The position numbers and the translations under genes are program-made. 64,000 nt of DNA from the NCBI GenBank assembly GCA_001443545.1, contig LMAD01000002.1:61251-125250 (forward strand), in the 5' to 3' direction. The notes under the pieces were generated by a model. It was not told the DNA's origin, ran no database searches, and worked only from the letters and a program-made list of their open reading frames with translations. The DNA comes from Acidimicrobiaceae bacterium RAAP-2 (GTDB taxonomy: Bacteria > Actinomycetota > Acidimicrobiia > Acidimicrobiales > RAAP-2). Shown here one piece after another: positions 35,062 to 45,825 of the stretch; within the stretch, counting starts at the first letter, position 1; every line of letters starts with the position of its first letter.

Positions 35062-36065
35062 ACTCGACCTTGCTGCGGGTCGGCCTCGACCTGGACGGTT
35101 CACTTGAGTCCTTAGGTGACTCGATGACCGACCTCGCCGACGCGCTCGCCGCGGCGGGGGGGTGCACCCTCGTTCGCTTCCGAACCCGCACCCCGGCCAC
35201 CGTCGGTGACGTCGCCATCGCGACGCGCGCGTGGTGGTCGCCGTGGTGGCGACGGGGGATGGGTCGATCGATCGATCGCCTACTGCCGCCCGTGGACGTG
35301 GTCCACGTGGCTGGCGTCGCCACCCCGCCCACGCGATACGTTCCCGAGATCGTCTCGGTCGACGATCTGCGCGCGTTACGCGAGGAGTCGCGCACGAGTC
35401 AGCGCAGTGCCCAGCTCCGGCGCGTCGTCGCGAGAGGCGCGGTGGTGGTGGCGTCGAGTCAGGTCGCCCGTGACGAAGTGCTTCGAAATCTGAGAGTCGC
35501 GCGCGACCGAGTGGTTGTCGTACCCCCCGCGGTGCCCAACGTGGATCCGACGGTGGACGGCGACGCCCTCGTCGTCAACGTCACCGGTGCGGTCGAGCAC
35601 TTCCTGCGGTTGGCGCCGGCTCTGACGAGCCTCGGCGGGCGTCTGGGCTGCCGGGTCATCGCGCTCACCAGCTCATCGGCGTCCCAGCGCATCCGAGCCA
35701 ATGGAATCGACGTCGACCTGCGGCCTCGGCGCGAGGCTCGTCAGGTGTTAGCCCTGGCTCGCGTCGTGTTGCACGTGTCGGACGGGGCGCGCTTCCCGTC
35801 GTTCGCCATCGCGGCGCTCGAGGCGGAAGTGCCGACGATCGCGCGTTCGACGCCGATCAATCGAGAGCTGCTCAATGGAGCCGCGGAACTCGCCGAATCC
35901 GACGGGGACGTGATTGAACTGATTGATGATCTATGGTCCAATGAGCCTCGTCGTTCGTTGGCCCGGGCCGCGGGGCGCGTGCGCGCCGGCGACTTCGCTC
36001 CGTCGAGTGCCGCCACGGCCTATCTGAACCTCTACGGCGACGTCGTGCGAGGCTGGGGTTCGTGA
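35058..36065 (+). CDS. Divergent GT-B (GT4-like) glycosyltransferase
   Basis: It has the overall GT4 layout and a degenerate E-x7-E region (FPSFAIAALEAEVPTIA). GTG 35058 overlaps the upstream TGA. Confidence 0.55.
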   Translation: MNSTLLRVGLDLDGSLESLGDSMTDLADALAAAGGCTLVRFRTRTPATVGDVAIATRAWWSPWWRRGMGRSIDRLLPPVDVVHVAGVATPPTRYVPEIVSVDDLRALREESRTSQRSAQLRRVVARGAVVVASSQVARDEVLRNLRVARDRVVVVPPAVPNVDPTVDGDALVVNVTGAVEHFLRLAPALTSLGGRLGCRVIALTSSSASQRIRANGIDVDLRPRREARQVLALARVVLHVSDGARFPSFAIAALEAEVPTIARSTPINRELLNGAAELAESDGDVIELIDDLWSNEPRRSLARAAGRVRAGDFAPSSAATAYLNLYGDVVRGWGS

Positions 36066-37129
36066 TGATCACGATCTCGCTCGACCAACTGTCGCGCCCG
36101 GCGCCCGGGGGTATCGCTACCTACGTCCGGGGCTTGGTCGGCGCGCTCGTGGCGCTCGACGGGGACCCGATTGTCGGCCTGACCCCGCGGGGCTCGGTCA
36201 ACCTCACCGAGTTGGGCGTGACGATTCGTCGTGTGCCGGTGTCGGTCGCCGTCTTGACGCGCCTCTGGCCGTGGTGGTCGGTTGGTGTGCCGCGGGTCTC
36301 CACCGTCGTGCACGCGACGTCGATGGCTGGCCCCTTCGGTGGGGGCCGAGGTTCCGCCGTGCACTCGGTGGCCCTTCACGACTTGCTCTGGCGCGACGAG
36401 CCCGACGCCACCACGGCGAGAGGACGCCGATTCCACGAGGAACGACTTCGTCTGCTCGCACGCCGCAGCGACGTACGGATCTTCACCTCGTCGCCGGGAC
36501 TCGACGATCGTTTGGTGGCGGACGGATTCGATCGGTCTCGACTACACCGTATCCACCTCGGCGTCGACGACGACACCGAGCCTCTCGATCGTGACGGCGT
36601 GGCCGGCGCCCTCGACCGCGCCGGAGTTCGAGGACCGTTCACCCTCTACGCCGGTACGCGCGAACCCCGCAAGAACCTCGACCGACTGTTGATCGCCCAC
36701 GCCCGCGCCCGGGCGATCGCACCCGACCTGGGTCCCCTCGTCGTCGTCGGACCAAGCGGCTGGGGGTCGGTGAACGACGAGGGGGCCGTCGTGCTCGGTC
36801 GAGTCTCCCGCGAAATGCTGCAGGGCCTGTACCGCGATGCGGCGGTGGTCGCCTACGTCCCTCGACACGAGGGGTGGGGCCTGCCGCCGGTCGAGGCACT
36901 CGCGCAGGGGACCCGCGTGGTCGCGAGCGTGACGACGCCGAGCGTGCTCGGCAATCCAGAGGTGGACGTCGCCGATCCACTCGACATCGATGCGATCACG
37001 GACGCTCTCGTCCGCTCGCTGGATCGAGCCACGACCGAGTCGGCGCGCGCCGCGCGGCGCGCGACGGTGGCGAACCTGACGTGGCGTCAGTGCGCGCTCG
37101 ACCACCTGGCGGGCTGGCAATGCGCGTAG
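36062..37129 (+). CDS. GT4 glycosyltransferase
   Basis: FTLYAGTREPRKN, PRHEGWGLPPVEALAQGTRVVAS. GTGA overlap with the upstream gene. Confidence 0.85.
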   Translation: MMITISLDQLSRPAPGGIATYVRGLVGALVALDGDPIVGLTPRGSVNLTELGVTIRRVPVSVAVLTRLWPWWSVGVPRVSTVVHATSMAGPFGGGRGSAVHSVALHDLLWRDEPDATTARGRRFHEERLRLLARRSDVRIFTSSPGLDDRLVADGFDRSRLHRIHLGVDDDTEPLDRDGVAGALDRAGVRGPFTLYAGTREPRKNLDRLLIAHARARAIAPDLGPLVVVGPSGWGSVNDEGAVVLGRVSREMLQGLYRDAAVVAYVPRHEGWGLPPVEALAQGTRVVASVTTPSVLGNPEVDVADPLDIDAITDALVRSLDRATTESARAARRATVANLTWRQCALDHLAGWQCA

Positions 37130-38217
37130 CGCTCGACGTCTCGGCCGTGCCGGCGCGAGTCACCGGTGCCGGGCGGTACGTGGTCGAAATCGCGCGACGT
37201 CTACCCAGCGTCGGGGTCGAACTCACGCTGGTCAGCCGTCGTAACGACCGAGACCGATGGCACGCGTGGTCGCCCGACGCATCGGTGGATCCGATCGTTC
37301 CCTCGGCTCGTGGGTCCAGGTTGATCTACGAGGCGTGGCGACTCGGGACGTCGCCCGTCGCTCGCGCCGCCGCCGTCTGGCACGGCCCCCACTACACGAT
37401 GCCGCACCGTGGCAAGACGCCGAGCGTGGTCACGGTTCACGATCTCACGTTCTTCACGCACCCGCAGTATCACGAATCGAAGAAGGCCGTGTTCTTTCGT
37501 CGCGCAATCACGTACGCGACCACTCACGCCAACGTGATCATTTGCGTGAGTGACTTCACGGCCCGGCAACTGCACGAGTTGTTGCCCGGTCACTCCCCGA
37601 TTGTCGTTGCCCCCCACGGCGTCGATCTCGATCGGTTCCGGCCCAACGCCGACGTGGCATTTGAGGGTTCTGACGTGCCGTTCGTCTTGTTCCTGGGGAC
37701 TGTTGAGCCACGGAAGGGTCTCGACACGTTGCTCGACGCCTTCGCGGAGGTAGCGCGCGAGGTACCCGACGTCGAGTTGTGGTTGGCGGGGCAGTCGGGT
37801 TGGGCCGAGGAGTCGGTAAGCCGTCTCGTCGAAGCACATCCCGTACGTGAACGCATTCGCCGACTCGGCTTCGTCGACGACGCCGTCCTGCCGTCACTCC
37901 TCGGACGCGCGCGGGTTGTGGTGTACCCGTCGAGGGTCGAAGGGTTCGGGCTCCCGGTCCTGGAGGCGATGGCCTGTGGGGCGGTAGTGGTGACGTCGAG
38001 TGGCACGGTCATGGAGGACATCGCGGCCGGAACGACGCTCCTCAGCGTTCCCGGCGACGTCACTGCTCTGGCCACCGCGATCGTGAAGGGAATCGAACTC
38101 GACGATCGATCCCGAGCGGACCTCACCCAACGGGCCCGTCAACGGGCCGCGACCTTCACGTGGGCAACGTCGGTGCAGCGACACCTCGACGCCTACGAGA
38201 TGGCGATGCGACCGTGA
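37120..38217 (+). CDS. GT4 glycosyltransferase
   Basis: MRVALDVSAV..GAGRYV, VTVHDLTF, FVLFLGTVEPRKG, PSRVEGFGLPVLEAMACG. ATG 37120 overlaps the upstream gene by 10 nt. Confidence 0.85.
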   Translation: MRVALDVSAVPARVTGAGRYVVEIARRLPSVGVELTLVSRRNDRDRWHAWSPDASVDPIVPSARGSRLIYEAWRLGTSPVARAAAVWHGPHYTMPHRGKTPSVVTVHDLTFFTHPQYHESKKAVFFRRAITYATTHANVIICVSDFTARQLHELLPGHSPIVVAPHGVDLDRFRPNADVAFEGSDVPFVLFLGTVEPRKGLDTLLDAFAEVAREVPDVELWLAGQSGWAEESVSRLVEAHPVRERIRRLGFVDDAVLPSLLGRARVVVYPSRVEGFGLPVLEAMACGAVVVTSSGTVMEDIAAGTTLLSVPGDVTALATAIVKGIELDDRSRADLTQRARQRAATFTWATSVQRHLDAYEMAMRP

Positions 38218-39122
38218 CCCGCGCGCTGGTAACCGGGGGTGCCGGTTTCGTCGGCGGACATCTGCGGGCTCATCTCGAATCGGTCGGTGACGAGGTGTTC
38301 GCAATCGATCGCGAGGTTGACGTCACGGCGCGCGATCCGATCGAAGCTGCGATTTTCGAGGCCCAACCCGACGTGGTCTACCACTTGGCTGCGTTGACCC
38401 ACGTTGGTGAGTCGTGGCGGCGGCCCGAGGACTACACCCGAGTGAACGTCGTGGGCACCATCAATGTGCTCGAGGCCGTGCGCCACGCCGCCCCGGCGGC
38501 CACCGTGCTCGTCGTGAGCACAGCCGACGTGTACGGCGTCGTCGGTCTCGCGGACCTGCCGTTGGACGAGCTGCGCCCGCCGCGGCCAGCTAACCCCTAC
38601 GCGCAGTCCAAGATTGAAGCGGAACGGGTGGCGCGCGAAGCGGCTCGCCAGGGCCAACGAGTCGTCATCGTACGACCGTTCAATCACGTCGGACCCGGTC
38701 AGGCCTCGACCTTCGTCGTGCCCGCCTTGGCGTCGAGACTCTTAGACGCGCGCGATCGGGGCGAGTCCACGGTGCCGGTGGGTGATCTTTCGACCCGGCG
38801 GGACTTCAGCGACGTTCGTGACGTCGTGCGCGCCTACCGGCTGCTCGCTACGCTCGGGGCCCCGGGCGAGGTCTACAACGTCGCCTCCGGTCACGACGTC
38901 GCGATCGCGGACCTCGCGCAGTGGCTGGTCGAGCGGATCGCCCCGACCGTTCGCTTCGTTGAGTCCGAAGCGCTGCTGCGACCAGTGGAACTTCCGGTAT
39001 CGCGCGGCAGTTTCGCCAAACTACAACGCGTCACGGGATGGGAGCCTCGAATCACCCTCGCGACGTCGCTCGAGGATGTCGTCGTGGACCTCGAAGTACG
39101 TCGTCAGAACCAAAATTCCTGA
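38214..39122 (+). CDS. Extended-SDR NAD-dependent epimerase/dehydratase (GDP-sugar dehydratase/reductase-like)
   Basis: LVTGGAGFVGGHL (Rossmann), PYAQSK (YxxxK), RPFNHVGPGQ, RRDFSDVRDVV. GTGA overlap with the upstream gene. Confidence 0.85.
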   Translation: MTRALVTGGAGFVGGHLRAHLESVGDEVFAIDREVDVTARDPIEAAIFEAQPDVVYHLAALTHVGESWRRPEDYTRVNVVGTINVLEAVRHAAPAATVLVVSTADVYGVVGLADLPLDELRPPRPANPYAQSKIEAERVAREAARQGQRVVIVRPFNHVGPGQASTFVVPALASRLLDARDRGESTVPVGDLSTRRDFSDVRDVVRAYRLLATLGAPGEVYNVASGHDVAIADLAQWLVERIAPTVRFVESEALLRPVELPVSRGSFAKLQRVTGWEPRITLATSLEDVVVDLEVRRQNQNS

Positions 39123-39189
39123 TTGAAACGGCCAATCGCGGACCGACACCTGCCGCCTCGTACGTTGACGGCCAACTAGCCTTAAGTAC

Positions 39190-42100
39190 TTGATGGATGC
39201 TCGTGCACCGGCCGTCGTGGCCGTCGTCGTTACCACCGGTCCGGGACCCGGTCTGGAGGCGACGCTGACGTCGTTGGTCGCCCAGGACTACGCCGAACTC
39301 AGCATCCTGGTCGTCGCCAACGGCGACAACGAACACGTCTCGGCTCGAGTCTCGGCGGTCGCGCCCAATGCCTTCGTCCGTCTACTCGCCGACAACCGCG
39401 GCTTCGCCGCCTCGTGCAATGACGCCGTCCTCGCGGTGGAGGGAGCCACGTTCTTCCTCTTCTGTCACGACGACGTCCGTCTCGACCCCGACGCGGTCCA
39501 CCGTCTCGTCGAGGCGGCCTTCCGTTTGAACGCCGGTGTGTTGACGCCAAAAGTGGTCGCGTACGACGACCCGATGACGCTGTTGCACGTCGGACAGGCG
39601 TGCGACCGGTTCGGCGTCGTCCAAGAGCGCGTTGATCCGGGCGAGATCGACCACGGTCAGCAGGATCTCGAACGAGACGTGTTCGTGGCTCCCGGCGGGG
39701 TCACGCTGATTCGAGCCGATCTCTTCGTGACGCTCCAGGGCTTCGATCCACTGATCCCCGCGCTCGGCGAGGACCTGGACTTCTGCTGGCGAGCCCAGCT
39801 CGCCGGTGCGCGCATCGTCGTCGTACCGGCCGCTCGAGTCGCCCACCGCCAGACGGTGGCGAGCGGGGAGCGACCGGTCACGGCGATCGGGACGCGCAAG
39901 GCGAGCCGCCAGGACCTGCAGCGGCGACACCGCTTGCTGGTCGTTGCGACCGGTTGGGGCCGATGGACGACGGTGAGTACCGTCGTCATGCTGTTGGCGT
40001 TGGACGCCGTCGAGTTCGTCGTCGCCATTGTGGGTCGCGACGGCGATCGTGCGGGGGCCATCCTCGGGTCGTGGCGGTGGCTGTTCAATAACCGTCGCCG
40101 GGTGCGAGAGCGCCGACGACAGCGACACGTCTTCACCGTGCTCACCGATGACGAACTCCGGCGTCTCCAGGTCGGGGGAGCCACCCGGCTCCGACGATTC
40201 GTCGCCACGTTATTGCGCGACGGGTTGGATCGCGCCCGTGGCATCCTGCCCCCCGAGGAGGTGGTCGTCGAGGAGGACCTCGACGCCGGCGTGGGCTTCG
40301 CCGCGGCCTTCGCTGAGGTGGACGCCTTCGACGACATCCCCGAACGGGCCGACTACGCCCAACGACGACGCCCTTCGCGGTTCCTTACCAGCTTCCGCGC
40401 CCAAGCCTTTACCCTCGCGCTGTTACTGGTGCTCTGGTTGATTGGCTCACGCAACCTGGTCGCCACGCACCTGCCGCTCGTGGGCCGTCTCGCCCCCCTG
40501 GACTCGTGGTGGTCGACCTGGCGGCACTTCTTTGCCTCGTGGTCGCCCAACGGGCTGGGGTCCGGATCGCCCGGGATGCCGGGCTACGGCGTGATCGGAT
40601 TCGTGGGGACCTTCGTGCTCGGACGCATGGGGATTCTGCCACGACTCGCCCTGATTTTCGCGGTGCCGATGGGCGCCTTTGGCGTCGGTCGGCTGTTGCG
40701 AGGTCGCGTCTCCAACCGTGCGAGGTTGGTCGCGGTGCTGGCGTACGTGGCCGCACCCATCGGATTGAACATGATCGGTCAAGGTCGCGTCGACGTTCTC
40801 GTGGTCACGGCCGGTCTGCCCTTCGTGGTGCGACGGCTCTTCGAACTGCTCGCCGTGCCCGGGTTCCGAGACACGCCGTACCCCGCCGCGGTGCCCTTCG
40901 GCCGCCGCGGGTGGCCGGCGACTCGGACCGGTCAGCGGACGGTCGTGGTGATGGAGACGGCGGTGCTGAGCGCCATGGCACCGGCCACGGTGATCGCCGT
41001 AATTCTGATCGTCCTCGGGGTCGTGGTGGCGCGCTGGTTCGAACCCGACCCCGGACGGGTTCGCCCGTGGCGGCTCCTGGGTGCCGTCTTGGGCGGCGTG
41101 GCCGTCTTCCTGGCGCCGATGACGGTGGACGTCGCTCTCGCCGGTCGCCGGGCGCTCGAAGTGTTCGGTCTCGCGCGCGGCCCCTGGTCGGCGCCGTCAC
41201 TCGCGTTACTGGCCCGCGGCGCCGACGGCGGCTTCGGCGCCACGTGGTGGGGCTGGCTCCTGCCCGGCGCCGCGCTGATCGGGCTCGTGCTGACTCGAGG
41301 TGACCGACGCGTGATCGCCGGCAAGTTCGCGACCATCGCCACCCTGTCGTTGGTGCTCTCGACGCTGGTGGCTCGCCACTGGCTCGGGTCGTTCGCCCCG
41401 GACCTAGACGTGCTCCTAACGCTGTACGCGGTCGCGATCGCCGGTCTCATCGGCCTTGGCGTGGCCGCGCTCGAAGGGGACCTGCGCCAAGCCGGCTTCG
41501 GTTGGCGTCAGAGCGCTGCCGCGTTCTTCGTCGCGGCCCTGACCCTGTCGTCACTGCCACTCCTAGGTGATTTTAGTAGTGGGCGATTCAACCTGCCGGT
41601 AACGAGTGTCGCGGAGTCCATGAGTACCGTCGTGCCGTTGAACTCCAGCGGCTATCGGATCTTGTGGCTCGGTGACCCGTCGGTTCTGCCGATCGCGGGT
41701 TGGCCGGTGGCCCCCGGTCTGGCCGCGGCCACGTCCATGAACGGGCTGCCCGGTGGCGCGACGCTCTTCACGCCACCGGACTCCGGGACGACCGACGTCC
41801 TGCTGGAAGCGATCAGTCTGGCCCTCCACGGGCGAACCGTTCACGTGGGCTCGCTCTTGGCCCAGGCCGGTATCGCGACGGTCATCGTGATGGACGCGTC
41901 GGCCCCGCAGTTTGCCGGTGTCCAAGAGGTGCCGATCCGATCGGTGCCGGGCACCCTCGCGGCGGCGCTGGCGCGACAGACCGATCTTTCGCTCCAGTTG
42001 CAGTCGCAGTCGGTCTCGATCTACCGCAACGCCGCGTTTTACGGTCTCGTGGCGCAATCGTCGGCGACGTCGAGTACCGGTTGGGCGCCGTTGAGCGGCA

Positions 42101-42429
42101 CGACGTTCGGTGTTGGATCGGTGTCATCGGGCACGACGGTCGTGGCGGGACTGGCTCCGGCGAGTGCGTTCGCGCTCAACGCGAATGGGGTCGCCACGAC
42201 CCGGCGGACGTCGTTCGGCTGGGCGCCGACCTATCAGATCAACAGCTACCACGGACCGGTCACCGCCCAGCTCGTCCTGCACCAGTTCCCGCTCAATGGC
42301 CTCCTCGCGCTCTTCACCCTCGGGCTATGGGGCGTCGTGTGGCTGGGATTCGGTTCGGTCGAGCGACTCGAATGGCTGTTCGTGCGCCGGCGTCGGGTGG
42401 TTCGAGTCGTGAGCGAGGATCGTCCGTGA
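39190..42429 (+). CDS. Fusion of an N-terminal GT2 glycosyltransferase with a very large polytopic membrane domain (1079 aa)
   Basis: The N-terminus has VAVVVTTGPG..., NRGFAASCN, FCHDDV and EDLDFCWR. Many hydrophobic helices follow from about residue 400 to the end. Confidence 0.85.
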   Translation: MMDARAPAVVAVVVTTGPGPGLEATLTSLVAQDYAELSILVVANGDNEHVSARVSAVAPNAFVRLLADNRGFAASCNDAVLAVEGATFFLFCHDDVRLDPDAVHRLVEAAFRLNAGVLTPKVVAYDDPMTLLHVGQACDRFGVVQERVDPGEIDHGQQDLERDVFVAPGGVTLIRADLFVTLQGFDPLIPALGEDLDFCWRAQLAGARIVVVPAARVAHRQTVASGERPVTAIGTRKASRQDLQRRHRLLVVATGWGRWTTVSTVVMLLALDAVEFVVAIVGRDGDRAGAILGSWRWLFNNRRRVRERRRQRHVFTVLTDDELRRLQVGGATRLRRFVATLLRDGLDRARGILPPEEVVVEEDLDAGVGFAAAFAEVDAFDDIPERADYAQRRRPSRFLTSFRAQAFTLALLLVLWLIGSRNLVATHLPLVGRLAPLDSWWSTWRHFFASWSPNGLGSGSPGMPGYGVIGFVGTFVLGRMGILPRLALIFAVPMGAFGVGRLLRGRVSNRARLVAVLAYVAAPIGLNMIGQGRVDVLVVTAGLPFVVRRLFELLAVPGFRDTPYPAAVPFGRRGWPATRTGQRTVVVMETAVLSAMAPATVIAVILIVLGVVVARWFEPDPGRVRPWRLLGAVLGGVAVFLAPMTVDVALAGRRALEVFGLARGPWSAPSLALLARGADGGFGATWWGWLLPGAALIGLVLTRGDRRVIAGKFATIATLSLVLSTLVARHWLGSFAPDLDVLLTLYAVAIAGLIGLGVAALEGDLRQAGFGWRQSAAAFFVAALTLSSLPLLGDFSSGRFNLPVTSVAESMSTVVPLNSSGYRILWLGDPSVLPIAGWPVAPGLAAATSMNGLPGGATLFTPPDSGTTDVLLEAISLALHGRTVHVGSLLAQAGIATVIVMDASAPQFAGVQEVPIRSVPGTLAAALARQTDLSLQLQSQSVSIYRNAAFYGLVAQSSATSSTGWAPLSGTTFGVGSVSSGTTVVAGLAPASAFALNANGVATTRRTSFGWAPTYQINSYHGPVTAQLVLHQFPLNGLLALFTLGLWGVVWLGFGSVERLEWLFVRRRRVVRVVSEDRP

Positions 42430-43754
42430 GACGCCGACCCCTGGTGCTCGTTTTGGCGATCGTCATCGCGGCCACGGGCGTGGCGACGAGTCTCGTGCAC
42501 GCGTCCAATCCGTCGGTCGATGCGGGGAGCTTCGCGACCGGGTCGATTGAATCGACCGCGCTCTACTGCACGGGACTGGGTGCTTCAGGCTCACCGGCCG
42601 GGCGCGTCGTCGTGCTCAATACCGCCGACCACGCGCGAACGCTGGACGTTCGGATCGATACCGATACCGGCACGTCCACGACGCGGCGCATCGAACTGCC
42701 CGCGCACGCTTCGACGTCGGTGACCCCACCAGCGGGGGGTCACTGGTACGGCGTGAGCACGGTGGTGAATGGTCGAGGCGTGGTCGCCGAGGAGTTAAAC
42801 GCCGCCGGGACGGCGCAGACGCCGTGTCTCGACGCCGGGACGACTGACTGGTACGCCAACGGCTTGGCCACGACGGTCGGCTCGAAGTCCTACCTCGTGA
42901 TCTACAACCCGTCGTCGACTGCGGCGGTCGTGAACATCACCGCCGAAACCCCGTCGGGGTTCGTAGCGCCCGCTCCATTGCAGGGCGTGGCGATCGCCGC
43001 GCACGACGTCGTCGCCTTGGACCTGGGCACGCGCATCGTCGATGAGGCCAACGTGGGGGTGCACGTTCGGGTCCTGCGCAGCGCGGTGGTGGTCACCGCG
43101 GTCCAACAGTCTGGTTCGGTGACGTCCTTCGACCCCGGAACGCCCGACCTCGCACTGTCCTCCTGGTTCCCGCGCGTGACCACGGTCGCCGACTCGTTGG
43201 CGCGCATACTCATCGCGAACCCGTCAAGCAGTCCGGCCACGGTCACCGCGTCGGTCGGTCTCGCACCCTTCGTCGTGCCGGCCCAAGCGGTCACGGTCGC
43301 GCCGTTCTCCACCGGTTCCATCAACATCACACCCAACTCGGCCATTCCAGCGCACGGCTACGCCACCGTTCGACTCCGTTCCTCGGTGGCCGTTTCGGCG
43401 AGCCTGGCGACGGGGACGTCGGGCGGCGTCTCGCTCTCGGTGCCCGACGCACCATCCAGTCTCTTCCTCGTCAACGACTTCGCCGGGCGCGGATTTGACG
43501 CGTTGACGGTGTCCAACACCGGTTCGAGGTCACTACCCGTGACCGTGACAATGCTGGGGTCGATCTCGACGAGTCGGACCCTCACAATCGCACCGGGGGC
43601 AACGGTGGACCTGCGCGGTCGCGGGGGCCTGCCGACGACCTTCCACGGGCGGACGCTCTTGATAGCGGCGACCCGTCCCAATCTGATCGTTGCGACGACC
43701 CTCCCCACGACACCACCGGGAATCGTGGTCGTGTCGCCTTTAGACGGCGGGTAG
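42426..43754 (+). CDS. Exported protein with an N-terminal anchor, all-beta-looking (possibly DUF5719-type, unverified)
   Basis: GTG 42426 overlaps the upstream TGA. It starts VRRRPLVLVLAIVIAATGVATSLV, then has Ser/Thr/Val-rich repeats. The family name is from memory of actinobacterial neighbourhoods only. Confidence 0.6.
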   Translation: MRRRPLVLVLAIVIAATGVATSLVHASNPSVDAGSFATGSIESTALYCTGLGASGSPAGRVVVLNTADHARTLDVRIDTDTGTSTTRRIELPAHASTSVTPPAGGHWYGVSTVVNGRGVVAEELNAAGTAQTPCLDAGTTDWYANGLATTVGSKSYLVIYNPSSTAAVVNITAETPSGFVAPAPLQGVAIAAHDVVALDLGTRIVDEANVGVHVRVLRSAVVVTAVQQSGSVTSFDPGTPDLALSSWFPRVTTVADSLARILIANPSSSPATVTASVGLAPFVVPAQAVTVAPFSTGSINITPNSAIPAHGYATVRLRSSVAVSASLATGTSGGVSLSVPDAPSSLFLVNDFAGRGFDALTVSNTGSRSLPVTVTMLGSISTSRTLTIAPGATVDLRGRGGLPTTFHGRTLLIAATRPNLIVATTLPTTPPGIVVVSPLDGG

Positions 43755-45749
43755 CGTCGGCGCCTGCCAGGGCGGTGTGGTGACCTCGGACGACACCGTC
43801 ACGGGCGCCTCCGCCGATGGCGTAGACGAACGACCGACGCCGACGAGCGAGCTCACGGTCTTGGTGCCGCGCGGGTGCACGGGCTCGCCGTGGGCCTCGT
43901 CGATGAGTCGCGCGGCTTCTTCCCCGTCGATGGTTTCGTGCTCGAGCAGGGCGCGGGTGAGGGCTTCGAGTCCCCGCCGGTGCAACGTCAGGACCTCGAT
44001 GGCCCGTGACTCTTGCTCGCGCAAGATGCGCTCGACCTCGTCGTCGATCATCTGCGAAGTGTGGTCGGAGTAGTCACGCGTGTGCATGAGGTCCTCACCG
44101 AGGAAGACCTGATTGTTCGAGCCCCACGCCATCGGTCCGATCTCCTTGGACATACCCCACTCACGGACCATGCGCCGCGCGAGATCGGTATTGCGCTGGA
44201 GGTCGTCGGCGGCGCCGGTGGACAGGTCGCCGTAAACGAGTAACTCGGCGACTCGTCCGCCCATCCGCATGCACAACGAGTCTTCGAGGTGTTGACGGGC
44301 CATGATGTGACGGTCTTCTTCGGGCAGCGTCATCGTCACGCCGAGGGCCATACCACGCGGAATGATGGTGATCTTGTGGAGCGGATCGGACTTCTCGAGC
44401 ACGTACGCGAGCAGGGCGTGGCCGCTCTCGTGGAACGCGATTCGTTCGCGCTCGTCGTCGTGCAGGATCATGGTGTCTCGCTCTTGGCCCATCATCACCC
44501 GGTCGCGGGCGGATTCGAAGTCTTCCATGCCAATCGTGGCCGAGTGGCGGCGTACCGCGTGCAGGGCCGATTCGTTGACGAGGTTCGCCAAGTCCGCACC
44601 GCTCATGCCCGGTGTGCCGCGAGCCACCATGTGCAGGTCCACGCTCGCGTCGAGGGGTTTGTTCTTGGAGTGAACCTGGAGAATCGGGAGCCGTTCTTCC
44701 AGGTCGGGGAGGGGGACGACGATCTGACGGTCGAAGCGACCCGGTCGCAGCAGGGCGGGGTCCAAGACGTCCGGACGGTTCGTGGCGGCGATGACGACGA
44801 CGCCCTCGGTCGGGTCGAACCCGTCCATCTCGCTCAACATCTGGTTCAGCGTCTGTTCGCGCTCGTCGTGGCCGCCGCCGACGCCAGCGCCGCGCTTGCG
44901 TCCAATGGAGTCGATCTCGTCGATGAACACGATGGCGGGCGATTGCTTGCGCGCGGTGTTGAACAGGTCGCGGACCCGACTCGCGCCGACACCCACGAAC
45001 ATCTCCATGAAGTCCGATCCCGACACGGAGAAGAACGGGACCCCGGCCTCACCGGCGACCGCTCGGGCGAGCATCGTCTTGCCCGTTCCCGGAGGGCCAA
45101 CGAGTAACAGCCCCTTGGGAATCAACGCGCCGATGTCGCGGAAGCGGGTGGGGTTCTTCAAGAAGTCGACGACCTCACTGATCTCTTGTTTCACTCCGAG
45201 GTAACCGGCGACGTCGGAGAACGTGATCTTGGGCTTGTCCTGATTGAACTGCTTGGCCTTGGAACGACCGACGGACATCATGCCGTTCATCTGGCCCTTG
45301 GCTTGGCGCCCGGCGTAGATCATGAATAGTGCGAAAATCAAGATCCAGATCAAGTAGGGCAGGAACGTCGAAGCGAAACTCGAGGGATTACTGAAGGTCA
45401 CGTTCACGCTGTTGGAACGGAGGGTGTCGATCTCGCTCGAAATCGCGGGGGCCGGTCCGTTCGTGGTGTAGTTCGTGCCGTCGGCGAGTTGGCCCGAAAT
45501 CACGCCGTTGGCGTTGTCCACGGTGGCCGAGACGACCTTCTGGTTATGGACGTCGGCCAGGAGGCTCGAGTACGAAATCGTGCGCACGTTCTTGCTCTGG
45601 AAGAGCGACGGGATGAAGAGAATACCGACGACGACGAAGGCGACGATGGCAATGGTGATGATCCGCCGCCGCGATTCGGGCGCCATTGGTCGCTCGCCCG
45701 ACGGCAACAGTTTCTTTAAGCCGGGCTTCTCATTGGGTGGTGTGCTCAC
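43740..45749 (-). CDS. ftsH: ATP-dependent zinc metalloprotease FtsH
   Basis: [14 protein letters not shown] (Walker A), IVFIDEID (Walker B), [19 protein letters not shown] (SRH), HESGHAL (zinc site). Its 3' end overlaps the convergent gene by 15 nt. Confidence 0.97.
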   Translation of the reverse strand: MSTPPNEKPGLKKLLPSGERPMAPESRRRIITIAIVAFVVVGILFIPSLFQSKNVRTISYSSLLADVHNQKVVSATVDNANGVISGQLADGTNYTTNGPAPAISSEIDTLRSNSVNVTFSNPSSFASTFLPYLIWILIFALFMIYAGRQAKGQMNGMMSVGRSKAKQFNQDKPKITFSDVAGYLGVKQEISEVVDFLKNPTRFRDIGALIPKGLLLVGPPGTGKTMLARAVAGEAGVPFFSVSGSDFMEMFVGVGASRVRDLFNTARKQSPAIVFIDEIDSIGRKRGAGVGGGHDEREQTLNQMLSEMDGFDPTEGVVVIAATNRPDVLDPALLRPGRFDRQIVVPLPDLEERLPILQVHSKNKPLDASVDLHMVARGTPGMSGADLANLVNESALHAVRRHSATIGMEDFESARDRVMMGQERDTMILHDDERERIAFHESGHALLAYVLEKSDPLHKITIIPRGMALGVTMTLPEEDRHIMARQHLEDSLCMRMGGRVAELLVYGDLSTGAADDLQRNTDLARRMVREWGMSKEIGPMAWGSNNQVFLGEDLMHTRDYSDHTSQMIDDEVERILREQESRAIEVLTLHRRGLEALTRALLEHETIDGEEAARLIDEAHGEPVHPRGTKTVSSLVGVGRSSTPSAEAPVTVSSEVTTPPWQAPTLPAV

Positions 45750-45825
45750 CGTCCCAATCTAGAGGCCGCCGTGCGACATCGGGCTCGCACCGCTCGAAAC
45801 CAACGAAGGATTAGCGTAAGGACCT

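Noticed and set aside
41700-42425. 5' extensions of tracked ORFs (41700..43754, 60614..62551, 18279..21914, 5756..6988, 3913..4779, 36874..38217, 32354..33232, 7884..8582)
   Set aside because: The extended N-termini are Arg/Pro/Gly-rich, overlap the preceding gene in another frame, and are not needed for the recognised domains. An in-frame ATG or GTG at a 4-nt overlap or behind an SD gives the homologous N-terminus.
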